Of a stretch of DNA of 64,000 nucleotides, positions 27,965 through 37,659 are shown piece after piece. Source of the DNA: Chthoniobacterales bacterium (GTDB lineage Bacteria > Verrucomicrobiota > Verrucomicrobiia > Chthoniobacterales > Chthoniobacteraceae); the NCBI GenBank assembly GCA_038207335.1, contig JBBQZX010000010.1, positions 32,001-96,000 on the forward strand, read 5' to 3'. A program made the translations under genes and the position numbers. How positions within the stretch are numbered: position 1 is the stretch's first letter; each line of letters starts with the position of its first letter. Under the pieces are notes generated by a model. The model made no database searches. It was not told where the DNA came from and saw only the letters and a list, made by a program, of their open reading frames with translations.

Positions 27965-29407
27965 CTACGCCGCGATCTTTTTGTACGGCTCGCCCTCGTT
28001 CAGCGTCGGGCGTTCCGGGCGGCCTTTGTATTTGAAAACGAGGCCCATGTTATCGAGTCCGAGCAGCCACAGGATCGTCGCGTGCAGATCGTGAATATGC
28101 AGCTTTTCCTCCACCGCCCGCAGCCCGAGATCGTCCGTCGCGCCGATCGTCTGCCCGCCCTTCACGCCGCCGCCGGCCATCCACATCGTGAAGCCGCCGG
28201 GATTGTGATCGCGCCCATCGCCTTTTTCGCTCATGGGCGTGCGCCCAAATTCCCCGCCCCACACGACCAGCGTTCCATCGAGCAAACCGCGCTCTTTCAA
28301 ATCCCGCAGCAGCGCCGCGACCGGTTGATCCATGCTCGCGCACAGCGCGCTGTGATTCTTTTCGATGTTCGCGTGCGAGTCCCATTTGCTGCCCGCGCCG
28401 TGATAAATCTGCACGAAACGCACGCCGCGCTCGACCATCCGCCGCGACAGCAGACACAGCCGCCCGAAATCCGCGCACTCATGCCGGTCGAGGCCATACG
28501 CACTTTTCGTCGCGTCACTTTCACCCGTGAGATCGACCGCCTCCGGCGCCTCCGCCTGCATCCGATACGCGAGTTCGTAACTCGTCAGCCGCGCCGCGAG
28601 TTCGGTCTGGTGCGGAAAACGCGCGGCATAGTCTCGATTGAGGCCATTGATAAAATCGAGCTTCGCGCGCTGCTGCGCCGGCGTCAGCGAATCGGGCGTG
28701 TTCAGATTCGGAATCGGCTCCGCGCCGCCCTGCAACCGCGTGCCCTGATACACCGCCGGCATGAACCCCGCGCTCCAGTTCCGCGGCCCATTTACGACGC
28801 TCGACTGATTGTCTTGCAGCACGACGAACGCGGGCAGATTCGTATTCGCCGTGCCGAGTCCGTAGCTCACCCAGGAGCCGAGCGAAGGCCGCCCGCCGAG
28901 GATCGATCCAGTATTCATTTGGCACACACCCGCGCTGTGATTGATCCCGTCCGACCAGCACGAGCGGATCACCGCGAGATCGTCCGCGCACTCCGCGATG
29001 TGAGGCAGCCAATCGCTCACCCACAGCCCGCTTTTGCCGTGCTGCTTCCACTGCCGCTTCGAGCCGAGAAGCGCCGATTTCGACTCGCCCATCGCGGTCA
29101 ATACTTCGCCATAACTCGCCGGCAACGGCTGCCCCGCAAGCTCGTTCAGCAAAGGCTTCGGATCGAAAAGATCGAGATGCGAAGGCCCGCCTTCCATGAA
29201 GAGAAAGATCACATTTTTCGCACGCGTCGGAAGCTGCGGCGGCTTGGCCGTGAGCGGCGAAGCAGGCGCGGAAAAACCCGCCGCGCTGCTCTCGCGCGCG
29301 AGCAAACTCTGCAGCGCAATCGCGCCGAGCCCGACGCCCGAGCGGTGCAGAAAATCACGCCGCGAGAGCGTCGGTTCGTATCGGTGACAGCGGGGGTCGA
29401 TGTTCAT
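27965..29407 (-). CDS. DUF1501 domain protein (Tat signal)
   Basis: SRRDFL, VIFLFMEGGPSHLDLFDPKP, RPSLGSW, ERGVRFVQ, WGGEFGRTP, GRDHNP. Confidence 0.93.
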   Translation of the reverse strand: MNIDPRCHRYEPTLSRRDFLHRSGVGLGAIALQSLLARESSAAGFSAPASPLTAKPPQLPTRAKNVIFLFMEGGPSHLDLFDPKPLLNELAGQPLPASYGEVLTAMGESKSALLGSKRQWKQHGKSGLWVSDWLPHIAECADDLAVIRSCWSDGINHSAGVCQMNTGSILGGRPSLGSWVSYGLGTANTNLPAFVVLQDNQSSVVNGPRNWSAGFMPAVYQGTRLQGGAEPIPNLNTPDSLTPAQQRAKLDFINGLNRDYAARFPHQTELAARLTSYELAYRMQAEAPEAVDLTGESDATKSAYGLDRHECADFGRLCLLSRRMVERGVRFVQIYHGAGSKWDSHANIEKNHSALCASMDQPVAALLRDLKERGLLDGTLVVWGGEFGRTPMSEKGDGRDHNPGGFTMWMAGGGVKGGQTIGATDDLGLRAVEEKLHIHDLHATILWLLGLDNMGLVFKYKGRPERPTLNEGEPYKKIAA

Positions 29408-32400
29408 TCGGTGTAGAGAAATTCGCTGGCATTCAGCAGCGCCTGGCAGAAGTCGCCGAGGGCGGCGGTCGCGGGATCATTTGACGGCGAGGCTTTGGCG
29501 GCGGGACGCTCGAGCCCGTGGCCGTGGCCGCTGGCGTCAGCGAGCACGTCGGGCTTTTGCTCGAAGCGCCAGTAGCCGAGCGTGGAATCCGCGACGCCCT
29601 CGGCGGTGTAGAGGAGTTGCGCGGGAGCCAGCGCTTTTGCGGAAAGTCGCACGTCGTCGATTGCGCCGTGGAATGACTGCGGATCGCGCGCCGACCTCGC
29701 GCCGAGCGTGAGCGGCGCGGTGTTCGCGAGGCCACCCGCGATGTCGTGCTCGACAGTCGCGATGAGCAGCGGTTCGTCGTCGTTCGCGAGGTCTTTCACC
29801 GCGAAAACCACGCGCCCCGGCTTGCCATCCGCCGCGGGTGTGAAAGCGGCTGAGACGAAATACGGTTTGTTCACCTGCATGTTCAGGTCGGAGAAAACGG
29901 GCCGCTCCCCGAAGCTCCCGTCGCTCCGTTTTCCGACGAGTTGCAGCGCGAGCGTGAGCGGCTTTCTGCGCGAGCGCTGGCCGGTGATCCCGAGGCTCCA
30001 GCCCGGCTCCGAGAGCGTGCCTTTCCACTTAGCCGCGATGGTCCGCAGGCTCGCCTGCTCCGACACCGAGCGCGGCGTGACGAATGCCTCCACCGTGAAC
30101 GCGCCGTCCAGCGGCAGCGCCTCGCTGTCCGTCACTCGGAACATCGCCTGCTCGCCGCCCGGCTCGATCAGCGCCGCCTGCCCATCGCGATACGGGATTT
30201 TATCCGGTATGAACGCCGCCTGCCCTGACTCGAGCTTTTTCGTGTCCGCCCCCGCCACATCGGCCGCGATGAATGCGGTCGCCGCGCGCACCTCCTCCGC
30301 GCTCGCCGCGCGCCCAAAAGCCAGCCGATACGCGGCCAGCACCTGCTCCGCCTTGTCCGTCGGCGCGAGCTTTTCCAACCGCCTCGCGAAGGCCTGTCCA
30401 CGCGCCCGCAGTGCCGCGCTATTCGAGAGTAACAGCGCCTGTACCGGCGTCGTCGTCGTGTCGCGCGATGCCGCACTCGTGAACCACTGCGGCGCATCGA
30501 AAACATCCGCGAGCGCGTCGCGCGTGTTGCGCATGAAGCGCGTGTAAATCGTCCGGCGCGGCAGATTGGGCAGCACGCCGGGGCCGCCCGCATCGGACTT
30601 CAGCTCCCCGCTCACCGCCAGCATCGCGTCGCGAATTTCCTCGGCATCGAGCCGCCGTGGCTGCGCCCGCCAGAGCAGGAGATTCTCCGGGTCTTTCAGC
30701 TTTCCCGCAGCCGGCGACGGATGCTCCCCGCGCCGATAGGCCGCGCTCGTCACGATGAGCCGGTGCAGCTTTTTCATGCTCCAGCCATCGCGCACAAATT
30801 CCCCCGCGAGACAGTCGAGCAACTCGGGATGCGACGGCTTCTCACCGAGCTTCCCGAAGTCGCTCGCATTCGCCGCGAGCCCGCGCCCGAAGTGCTGCTG
30901 CCAGGCGCGATTCACCATCACGCGCGCCGTCAGCGGATTCTTCGGATCCGTGATCCAGCGCGCCAGCGCCGAGCGCCGCCCCGTGCTCGCGGGCAGCGGC
31001 GCGATCGTCGCGGGCGCGGGATCTAGGATGGTCAAAAATCCGGGCTCGATCGCGCCGAGCGCCTGCTTTTTCGGGATGAAAACCGGCGCGGCTTTCGGCC
31101 CCACATCGCCCGCCGCGAATGCCACCGGCAGCGGCTCCGGCTTCTCGTTTTCAAATGCCGCAAGCTGCCGGCGCAGTGCGAGAATCCGCTCTTTGTCCGC
31201 CGCTGAAAACAGCCCGTCGCGTCGCGCCTGATCCGTCTCGATCTGCCGCCACGACAGCACCGCGAGCTGCGCCTCCAGCGGATCGCGCGCGGCCACCGGC
31301 TTGAAAATCATCGCCTGGATGTCATCGGGAAAACGCCCGATTGCCGTCTTCTCCGCCTTGTCGAAATACGGCTGCTCCAGCGTCGCAAGTTCGGCGCGAA
31401 TCGACGCCGTCTTTTCCTCCCACGGCTTCATCCGTTCCGCATGGGCACTTGCTTCCGCGTCCGTCGCCGCCGTTTTATCCCCCGGCTGGATGCCCGCGAA
31501 AAACGCGCGCAGCCGGAAATAGTCCTTCTGTAAAAGCGGATCGAACTTGTGATCGTGACACCGCGCGCACTGGAGCCCCATCCCCATGAACACATCCGCC
31601 GTCGTGTCCGTGAGATCGTTCAAAATCGTGTCCCACTGCCCGCGCACATCCCGCGCATTCCACTCGTAAATCCCGTGCCGCAAATACCCCGTCGCGATGA
31701 GTGCCTCGGTGTCGCCGGGGAAAAGTTCATCCCCCGCGAGCTGCTCCTGCACGAAGCGATCGTACGGTTTGTCGTCGTTGAAAGCCCGGATCACGTAGTC
31801 ACGAAACCGCCACGCATCCGGGCGATAGTCATCCGCGCGATACCCGTCCCCATCCGCATATCGGACGAGGTCGAGCCACTGCCGCGCCATCCGTTCGCCG
31901 TATCGAGGGCTCGCGAGCAGCCGATCCACGAGCCGCTCGAAAGCGCCCGGCGCAGTGTCCGCGAGAAAAGCATCCACCTCCGCCGGCGTCGGCGGCAGCC
32001 CCGTCAGGTCGAACGTCACCCGCCGAATCAGCACCTCCCGCGAAGCCTCGGGCGCCGCCGTCAGCCCCTCCTTTTCCAGCCGCGCCGCGACGAACCCGTC
32101 GATCGGATTCCCCCCACCTCCCGCCGGTTCGGCCGCGCGCAGCGGCTGAAACGCCCACCACTTCCGATCCTCCTCCGTGATCACCCCGCGCGGTGCCTTC
32201 GCCTTGCCCGCCACCTCACCCGGCCACGGCGCGCCGAGCTTGATCCATTCCGTGATCGCAACGATCTCTGTATCCTGCAGCTTGTCTCCTTTCGGGGGCA
32301 TTTTCGTGTCGTCATCGACTTGTCGGATCGCCTTCAGCAGCGGACTCGCGTCCGGCTTCCCGGGCTCCACCACCACGCCATCATCCCCGCCCGCAAGCAT

Positions 32401-32589
32401 CGCCGCGCGCGAGTCGAGCAGCAGCCCGCCTTTGCTTTTTCCCGACGCATGGCTGTGGCATTTGAAACACCGCTCCTCCAGCACCGGCCGCACTTTGTCC
32501 GTGAAAAGCGAATCTCCCTCCGCACCGCGTGCGGTGGAGAGGACGGCAGCAAAAACCAGATGAACGAGTGGGAGGAGAACGCGCTTCAT
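29404..32589 (-). CDS. Planctomycete cytochrome c / DUF1549 / DUF1553 protein with inserted LamG-like domain
   Basis: CFKCH, WWAFQP, NPIDGF, DLTGLPPT, CARCHDHKFDP, NPLTARVMVNRAW, SHPELLD; FTVEAF...FHGAIDDVRLS...YWRF. Confidence 0.92.
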   Translation of the reverse strand: MKRVLLPLVHLVFAAVLSTARGAEGDSLFTDKVRPVLEERCFKCHSHASGKSKGGLLLDSRAAMLAGGDDGVVVEPGKPDASPLLKAIRQVDDDTKMPPKGDKLQDTEIVAITEWIKLGAPWPGEVAGKAKAPRGVITEEDRKWWAFQPLRAAEPAGGGGNPIDGFVAARLEKEGLTAAPEASREVLIRRVTFDLTGLPPTPAEVDAFLADTAPGAFERLVDRLLASPRYGERMARQWLDLVRYADGDGYRADDYRPDAWRFRDYVIRAFNDDKPYDRFVQEQLAGDELFPGDTEALIATGYLRHGIYEWNARDVRGQWDTILNDLTDTTADVFMGMGLQCARCHDHKFDPLLQKDYFRLRAFFAGIQPGDKTAATDAEASAHAERMKPWEEKTASIRAELATLEQPYFDKAEKTAIGRFPDDIQAMIFKPVAARDPLEAQLAVLSWRQIETDQARRDGLFSAADKERILALRRQLAAFENEKPEPLPVAFAAGDVGPKAAPVFIPKKQALGAIEPGFLTILDPAPATIAPLPASTGRRSALARWITDPKNPLTARVMVNRAWQQHFGRGLAANASDFGKLGEKPSHPELLDCLAGEFVRDGWSMKKLHRLIVTSAAYRRGEHPSPAAGKLKDPENLLLWRAQPRRLDAEEIRDAMLAVSGELKSDAGGPGVLPNLPRRTIYTRFMRNTRDALADVFDAPQWFTSAASRDTTTTPVQALLLSNSAALRARGQAFARRLEKLAPTDKAEQVLAAYRLAFGRAASAEEVRAATAFIAADVAGADTKKLESGQAAFIPDKIPYRDGQAALIEPGGEQAMFRVTDSEALPLDGAFTVEAFVTPRSVSEQASLRTIAAKWKGTLSEPGWSLGITGQRSRRKPLTLALQLVGKRSDGSFGERPVFSDLNMQVNKPYFVSAAFTPAADGKPGRVVFAVKDLANDDEPLLIATVEHDIAGGLANTAPLTLGARSARDPQSFHGAIDDVRLSAKALAPAQLLYTAEGVADSTLGYWRFEQKPDVLADASGHGHGLERPAAKASPSNDPATAALGDFCQALLNASEFLYTE

Positions 32590-32764
32590 TTTCGCGCGAT
32601 AGGATGCCGCGAAATACCGCGAGCGCAACGCAGAGAAGCCGCTTCTACCCAATCGGATAGGAAACCGGCCTGTCCCTCTCACTCCACGCCGGCCCTTCAA
32701 TCCGCCAAAAACTCACGCTTGACCCACCCTCAAAACTCATCGACACATTTCGCCTCACGAAAAC

Positions 32765-32856
32765 GGAAGGGTGGCTGAGCCCGGTTTAAGGCACTCGACT
32801 CGAAATCGAACGAACGGTTAAACGTTCCGGGGGTTCGAATCCCCCCCCTTCCGCCA
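32765..32856 (+). tRNA. tRNA-Ser(CGA)
   Basis: Acceptor GGAAGGG/CCCTTCC-G-CCA, anticodon loop CT-CGA-AA, long variable arm, GGGGG-TTCGAAT-CCCCC T arm. Confidence 0.95.
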
Positions 32857-33439
32857 GCTTTTCCTACAGAGGATGGCCGCACCCAGTCGAGCCAAAGTGA
32901 GAATAGATTCCCGGACGTTTAAGGACGTTGGAGAGTTTGAAACGGTGCCGTTGCCGACGCCACCGAGTTCGATTGGCCCAGCCACGGCCAACTTTCGGCC
33001 TCATTCTCCGCGCGGCCAGATCCAAAGGCTGCGAAATTTTGCTTGCGAAATGTTCACCGATGTTCGGGGAAATTCACCGATGTCGTGGGTCCGCAAAATC
33101 GGCTCATTTTCAGCCGTATCAGCACCGCGCCGACCCCAACAAAACGCGTTGGCGGGCAAATTTGAGCGAGGCGTTTTTCGCCCCGCTCGTTCGCGCTCGG
33201 CATCATTTTCATGTGGACCCTGCGCGGAGATTTCGATGCGGCGATCACGGGCTCAACACGCCGCCGACGAGGAGGAGTGGAGGTGCCGAAGTTGAACTTG
33301 ATGAGCATCGAAGTCCGTGCAGTCACCTCGCCCAATTCTCCCGAAGTGAGGGCACAAGATCACGCGGACTTCATCCACAGGTAGAGCGATTCAACTTTCT
33401 TCAACCTCGGTGCTCGCCCGTCAGGAAAATGCGAGACTC

Positions 33440-33640
33440 GAAACGCGATTATTTAGCAAAGGCTAAAGAAAAGGCCGCCGCACTACTCCTTCGACAACCT
33501 GGAGGTCCAGTGCGTTTTAGGGACCTTTTCTGTAAGGCTATTGCGTTCCCACTCGTGACACCTCAGGCGCTGAATGATTGACTATGTGAAGATCTCAAAA
33601 CAGTGGTGAAAATTAGCCTTGCCGATGACAATCCCTCGAA
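33440..33640 (+). pseudogene. Gene fragment resembling a three-Cys-motif partner (TcmP-like) C-terminus
   Basis: RDYLAKAKEKAAALLL...VRFRDLFCKAIAFPLVTPQALND*L with in-frame TGA at 33579-33581; resemblance recalled, not searched. Confidence 0.25.
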
Positions 33641-33684
33641 GCCTTCTCGCCGCAGGTTGACACGGAAAAGGAAGATTTGTCACC

Positions 33685-33900
33685 TTGCTAGACGCCATCG
33701 CTTTGGAGCAGGCCCTTAAACCCACCCCTTTGCCAACAACAAGCAAACCTCTTTTGACGCTTGCCTGCTACGAATGCCAGCTCGGAAACATGGATGAGGC
33801 AAAACGCAAACTGATAAGAGCCTTCGCGCTGGATGCAAGATTCAAGCTACTGGCTGTGGATGATGAGGATTTGAGGCCGATGTGGACTGCATTGACGTGA
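33685..33900 (+). pseudogene. 5'-truncated TPR protein C-terminal fragment
   Basis: LACYECQLGNMDEAKRKLIRAFALD...AVDDEDLRPMW matches the (YN)LAC...A..D.DL TPR-end pattern; no convincing N-terminus. Confidence 0.6.
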
Positions 33901-34349
33901 AACGAAAACACAACCGGGGGCTGCTGGTAGTTGCGGTGTTCAAGATTGCCAAAGGTCTCATGCTTCTCGTCCTCGGACTGGGAATGCTTCGCCTCCTACA
34001 CAAGGACTTCGAGGACGTGTTTGAGGGTTGGATCAACTTGTTTCGCATTGATCCAAACAACCATTACGTCGCCTCTCTCCTCGCAAAAACTGGCCTCGTC
34101 GATGATCGCAAGTTGGAACAGCTCAGCGCCCTCACCTTGATGTATGCAGGACTATTTCTGACCGAAGGATTTGGCCTCTACATGGAGAAACGCTGGGCCG
34201 AATGGCTCAGCGTCATTGCCACTGCCTCATTTCTCCCCATCGAGATTTTCGAAGTGGTGAAGCACTTTTCAATTATCAAGGTGTGCCTTTTGATCGTGAA
34301 TCTCGCAGTCGTGTGGTTTCTGGTCCACACGTTGCGTCGGAAAGATTGA
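33897..34349 (+). CDS. DUF2127 family membrane protein
   Basis: GLLVVAVFKIAKG, YAGLFLTEGFGLY..KRWAEWL, FLPIEIFE, NLAVVWFL; GTG start overlapping the previous stop. Confidence 0.88.
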   Translation: MKRKHNRGLLVVAVFKIAKGLMLLVLGLGMLRLLHKDFEDVFEGWINLFRIDPNNHYVASLLAKTGLVDDRKLEQLSALTLMYAGLFLTEGFGLYMEKRWAEWLSVIATASFLPIEIFEVVKHFSIIKVCLLIVNLAVVWFLVHTLRRKD

Positions 34350-34479
34350 CTCAGAGATTTCTCGGCAGGATTCCTTCAATCGTCATCGGCGCACAGCTCT
34401 CCGGTCGATTGTTGACGTAGAAGTAGCGTCTGCATTTTCCACCTTGCAGTTTCGAGGCTGTGTGGTAACCATGCCAATC

Positions 34480-34605
34480 ATGGGCGACAAATCACCAAAA
34501 GCGACGAACAAACAAGCTGCCCAAAAGCAGGCAAAGGCGAACACTAACTCTCAGAAGAAAAACAAAGCAGCAGCAGCGAAACAGGCTGTTAAGCCCAAGA
34601 AATAA
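34480..34605 (+). CDS. Small Lys/Ala/Gln-rich basic protein (41 aa; below the ORF-track cutoff)
   Basis: MGDKSPKATNKQAAQKQAKANTNSQKKNKAAAAKQAVKPKK*; followed by a terminator. Confidence 0.65.
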   Translation: MGDKSPKATNKQAAQKQAKANTNSQKKNKAAAAKQAVKPKK

Positions 34606-34666
34606 TTTGGTAGACGACAGGCCAGTGTGACCGACGAAGACCGGTTATCGTCAGTTAGCGCAACGG

Positions 34667-34699
34667 AAAAGCCGCACAGATTGCTCCATGCGGCTTTTT
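34667..34699. terminator. Bidirectional intrinsic terminator
   Basis: AAAAGCCGCA-N12-TGCGGCTTTTT between convergent genes. Confidence 0.8.
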
Positions 34700-34721
34700 A
34701 AGATTTGGAGAGAGACTGAGC

Positions 34722-35078
34722 CTACTTTTTCTCCTTCTTGTCGGCCGCTGCTTCCTTCGCTTGATCCTTTGGTGTCTCTACTTCCGTGGAGACGATCTTT
34801 CCGGTCTTCGCATCGACCTGAACCTCGGTGATGTTCTTGGACTTGGGCAACGCGATGTCGAATGACCAGATCAATTTGCCATTCTCTTTTTCGAGTTCGG
34901 TAGATTTGACCTTTCCTTCGGGCACCTTGGCGAGAGCGGTCTTTGTGGCTTCCGCCTGCGAGATCTTCGCCTGTGCCTTGAGTTCAGTCTGCGACTCTTC
35001 GGCAATCGACGTGGCGGCAATGCTGAATGCAGCAACGAATGAAACGGCCCGCATGGTTTGCAGTAATTTTGATTTCAT
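34722..35078 (-). CDS. Secreted PepSY-domain protein
   Basis: Signal peptide; AKISQAEATKTAL..VP.GKV...ELEKENGKLIWSFDI...EVQVDAKTGKIV. Confidence 0.88.
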   Translation of the reverse strand: MKSKLLQTMRAVSFVAAFSIAATSIAEESQTELKAQAKISQAEATKTALAKVPEGKVKSTELEKENGKLIWSFDIALPKSKNITEVQVDAKTGKIVSTEVETPKDQAKEAAADKKEKK

Positions 35079-35286
35079 GTGTGTTTGTGTGTCTAGACCC
35101 GCGTCCATGCTCGGGATGAGCTAGTTGGAGTGCAGGCTAACACAAATACTGACTCAGGAGCGACAGGGAAGAGCAGACTTAGTGACAGTCACGTAACGGA
35201 GCACTTCCCGAGTTTTCTTCCGAAGATCGTAATCAGCAGAGAGCCGCACAAATATTCCATGCCGCTCTTTGAGGTTAATAATGAGA

Positions 35287-35644
35287 CTACTTGAGCAGCG
35301 TCACCGAAGGCCAGCGCGCTTTCCCGCCGAGCTTGAGAAGATGAGGATTGGCGCTGGCGAGCACCTTGATGTTGGCGAGGTCGTAGCCTTCCTTGCGAAT
35401 GCCAATGGTCTTGTCTGGCGTGCTCTCCAGCAACTCCTTCAATTCTTGGAGTGATGGTGATTTGCCAGCGGCTTTCGGTGCGTTGGACGTGTCAGATTGC
35501 CAGTGAAACGTGCGAGCTCTGCGTCAACGCTGGCGAGCTCCCGGCTTAGAGTGTTGCGCTTCTACGTGAGTTCTGTGATTGCGTTATTTCCGCCGTGGCG
35601 ATTTAGGATTTGAGGTCGTTGATTCGGTCGAGTGATGTGGACAT
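35287..35644 (-). pseudogene. Decayed small coiled-coil protein gene
   Basis: MSTSLDRINDLKS*IATAE / NAITELT*KRNTLSRELASVDAELARFTG / SNAPKAAGKSPSLQELKELLESTPDKTIGIRKEGYDLANIKVLASANPHLLKLGGKARWPSVTLLK*; two stops, two frameshifts. Confidence 0.7.
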
Positions 35645-35696
35645 TTGGTGGGCAAGAAAGATACGGTTTTCCTGTATGGGTCATTTTAGAACTCAA

Positions 35697-36208
35697 CTAT
35701 GACGCGTGTGACGCAGGGGTCCTAAACGCGACTGAGACGTAGCCGCAAAATAAAACTAGCAACAGCATGCTGCATCCGACGCCGAAACGGACTCTTCCGC
35801 CTATTCCAACGTTCGACCAGAATAGCGAAACTAGCCCATCCCGTGAGTGCCCGAAGGCCAAAACATTTGGTTGTTCACTAAGGTATGTTACCGCCCGCAC
35901 TTCATCGAGGGCTAACTTCTGATCCACCCATTTAATGTGGCCATCGTATTCGAGCTTGGATGCCTGCTCACTTCGCACCTGCCTTTGTTGCTTCGGCTAT
36001 GGCGAGTCACGGTATCCGTCACCCGTGCGACTCCGTCAACCCCGTGATTTGATACTCTGCAGATAATCCCAACATTTTCGGAGAATCCGGATAGGGGCAA
36101 CCAGGACAGGAATCCGAGAAACAGGGCCACGGCAAGGGAAAGACCACGTTGCAGAAAGGTAAACCTATCGTCGGCATCCTGTTCATCGGGTGCTGCGTTG
36201 ATGTTCAT
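35697..36208 (-). pseudogene. Frameshifted two-TM membrane protein (DUF3592-like layout)
   Basis: Overlapping ORFs 35912-36208 (N-terminal TM, HGVDGVARVTD) and 35697-35978 (beta region + C-terminal TM) join near 35960-35990. Confidence 0.55.
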
Positions 36209-36259
36209 AAATGGGCAGTTGATGCGCGTGTCCCGGAAAGTTCGGCATTCTCTTAGTCG

Positions 36260-36850
36260 TCAAAAGTGATAGGTCAGCACGTTGTTCGTCTCCGCAACCA
36301 GTCCCTTGACGATCAATGATTCCACGATTCGATGGATCTCAGCCTCTTCCAGCTTCTTCTGAAAGATTGAAGCGATGTGCTGATGCAGAGTCTTCCGCCT
36401 TCTCGGTCTTGATTTCTTATCGATCTTGGAAAGCACCTCGAAAGCTCTCGTGAAGTGAGGATCAATGGGAGCAGCAACGATAGCAGCAAAATCAGAAATC
36501 CGTCGGCACTGACCGCCAGATTCAGCGATGTGCTTTAGGAGAGGGTCGAAGCCTTTGTCCTTGGAGAGAATGAAGAACTCAGCATTCGGAGTCTCCATGG
36601 CCAGACCACCCAGGTAGTAGGCGAGGTGGAAATCAAGATTGTTCCGACCATCACCCTCAATCTTGATCCACTCGAGTCGATTTCCCAACCGTTGAGCATC
36701 ACTGGCAAGTTGGAATGGGATGGTGTTCTGCGTGCGGCCGATGAATATTTTCACCTTCCAGTCATCAGGAACACGCGAAAGAGCCATCTCTCGAACGTTC
36801 TCGAAATCAACCAGGAGGAATGTGGAGGACGTGGATGAGCTTGCGATCAC
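36260..36850 (-). CDS. PIN-domain (PIN7/NYN-like) protein with C-terminal helical domain
   Basis: LLVDFENV, GRNNLDFHLAYYLG, ILSKDKGFDPL, RPRRRKTL. Confidence 0.85.
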   Translation of the reverse strand: MIASSSTSSTFLLVDFENVREMALSRVPDDWKVKIFIGRTQNTIPFQLASDAQRLGNRLEWIKIEGDGRNNLDFHLAYYLGGLAMETPNAEFFILSKDKGFDPLLKHIAESGGQCRRISDFAAIVAAPIDPHFTRAFEVLSKIDKKSRPRRRKTLHQHIASIFQKKLEEAEIHRIVESLIVKGLVAETNNVLTYHF

Positions 36851-36894
36851 TACTTGATCCGTTTGATTCTTCTACTTCGACCATGCGACCTACG

Positions 36895-37469
36895 TCAGTA
36901 ATCGAGATTCGCGCCGAAGTCTGGAACTTTGCCGTCGTCGATGTCCGTTTTCCATTGGTCCAGCTTGCCGTCCTGCAGCTTCCAAAACGTTCGGCACAGT
37001 TCAAAGTATTGAAGAACAACGCCTGCTCGCCTTTCGCCAGAAGATCCTTTGCCAGCGTCATGTTCGGACCGAATGAGTTCATCTGTGGACTGCCGGGAGA
37101 TTTGCCCGCCGCAAGTAACCTTGCTTTTGCAGCTTCCACTTCACCCGACTTGAGTTTGAGCCGGCCCAGGACAATATTGATGTCCTGCACAGCGTTGCCG
37201 TAGTTCCAGTCACTTTTGTATTTGGGGGCGAGCCCTTCTAGCTCAAGAGCAAAAGCCTTGGCCTCTGCATCCTTTCCCACCCTGATGCTCTCCTTGGCAG
37301 CACGCCCGAGGGTGCACCAACGGCTGTATTCATCCTTCGATTCGTTCAACTTCGCCATGGCCTTTCCATACCTTCCTCCCTCGATGACGGATTGAGCAGG
37401 TGGTGGTTCGGATCTCGCCATGCTGTGACAGGTGAGAAGAAGGATGAGGGCCAGCAACGGTTGTTTCAT
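36895..37469 (-). pseudogene. Secreted TPR-like protein, frameshifted at about 37022
   Basis: WNYGNAVQ...GSPQMNSFGPNMTLAKDLLAKGEQ; after a 1-nt shift continues VVLQYFELCRTFWK...VPDFGANLDY* (TGA at 36895-36897). Confidence 0.8.
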
Positions 37470-37659
37470 CGTGGGTGGCAGCAGAGGAACTCTCATCGGA
37501 GCGTGAAGTCAATCAGCTTGGTCTTCCAATGGATGATCCTCTGCGCCATACTCTGGGATGGCCCTTAATCGCACAGAACTGAGCGCTGTGACTTCGACGG
37601 GAATCTGAAAGAGGGTTCCCTGCCCTTTACGCGATTTTACTCGTCGCGACACTCCACTC

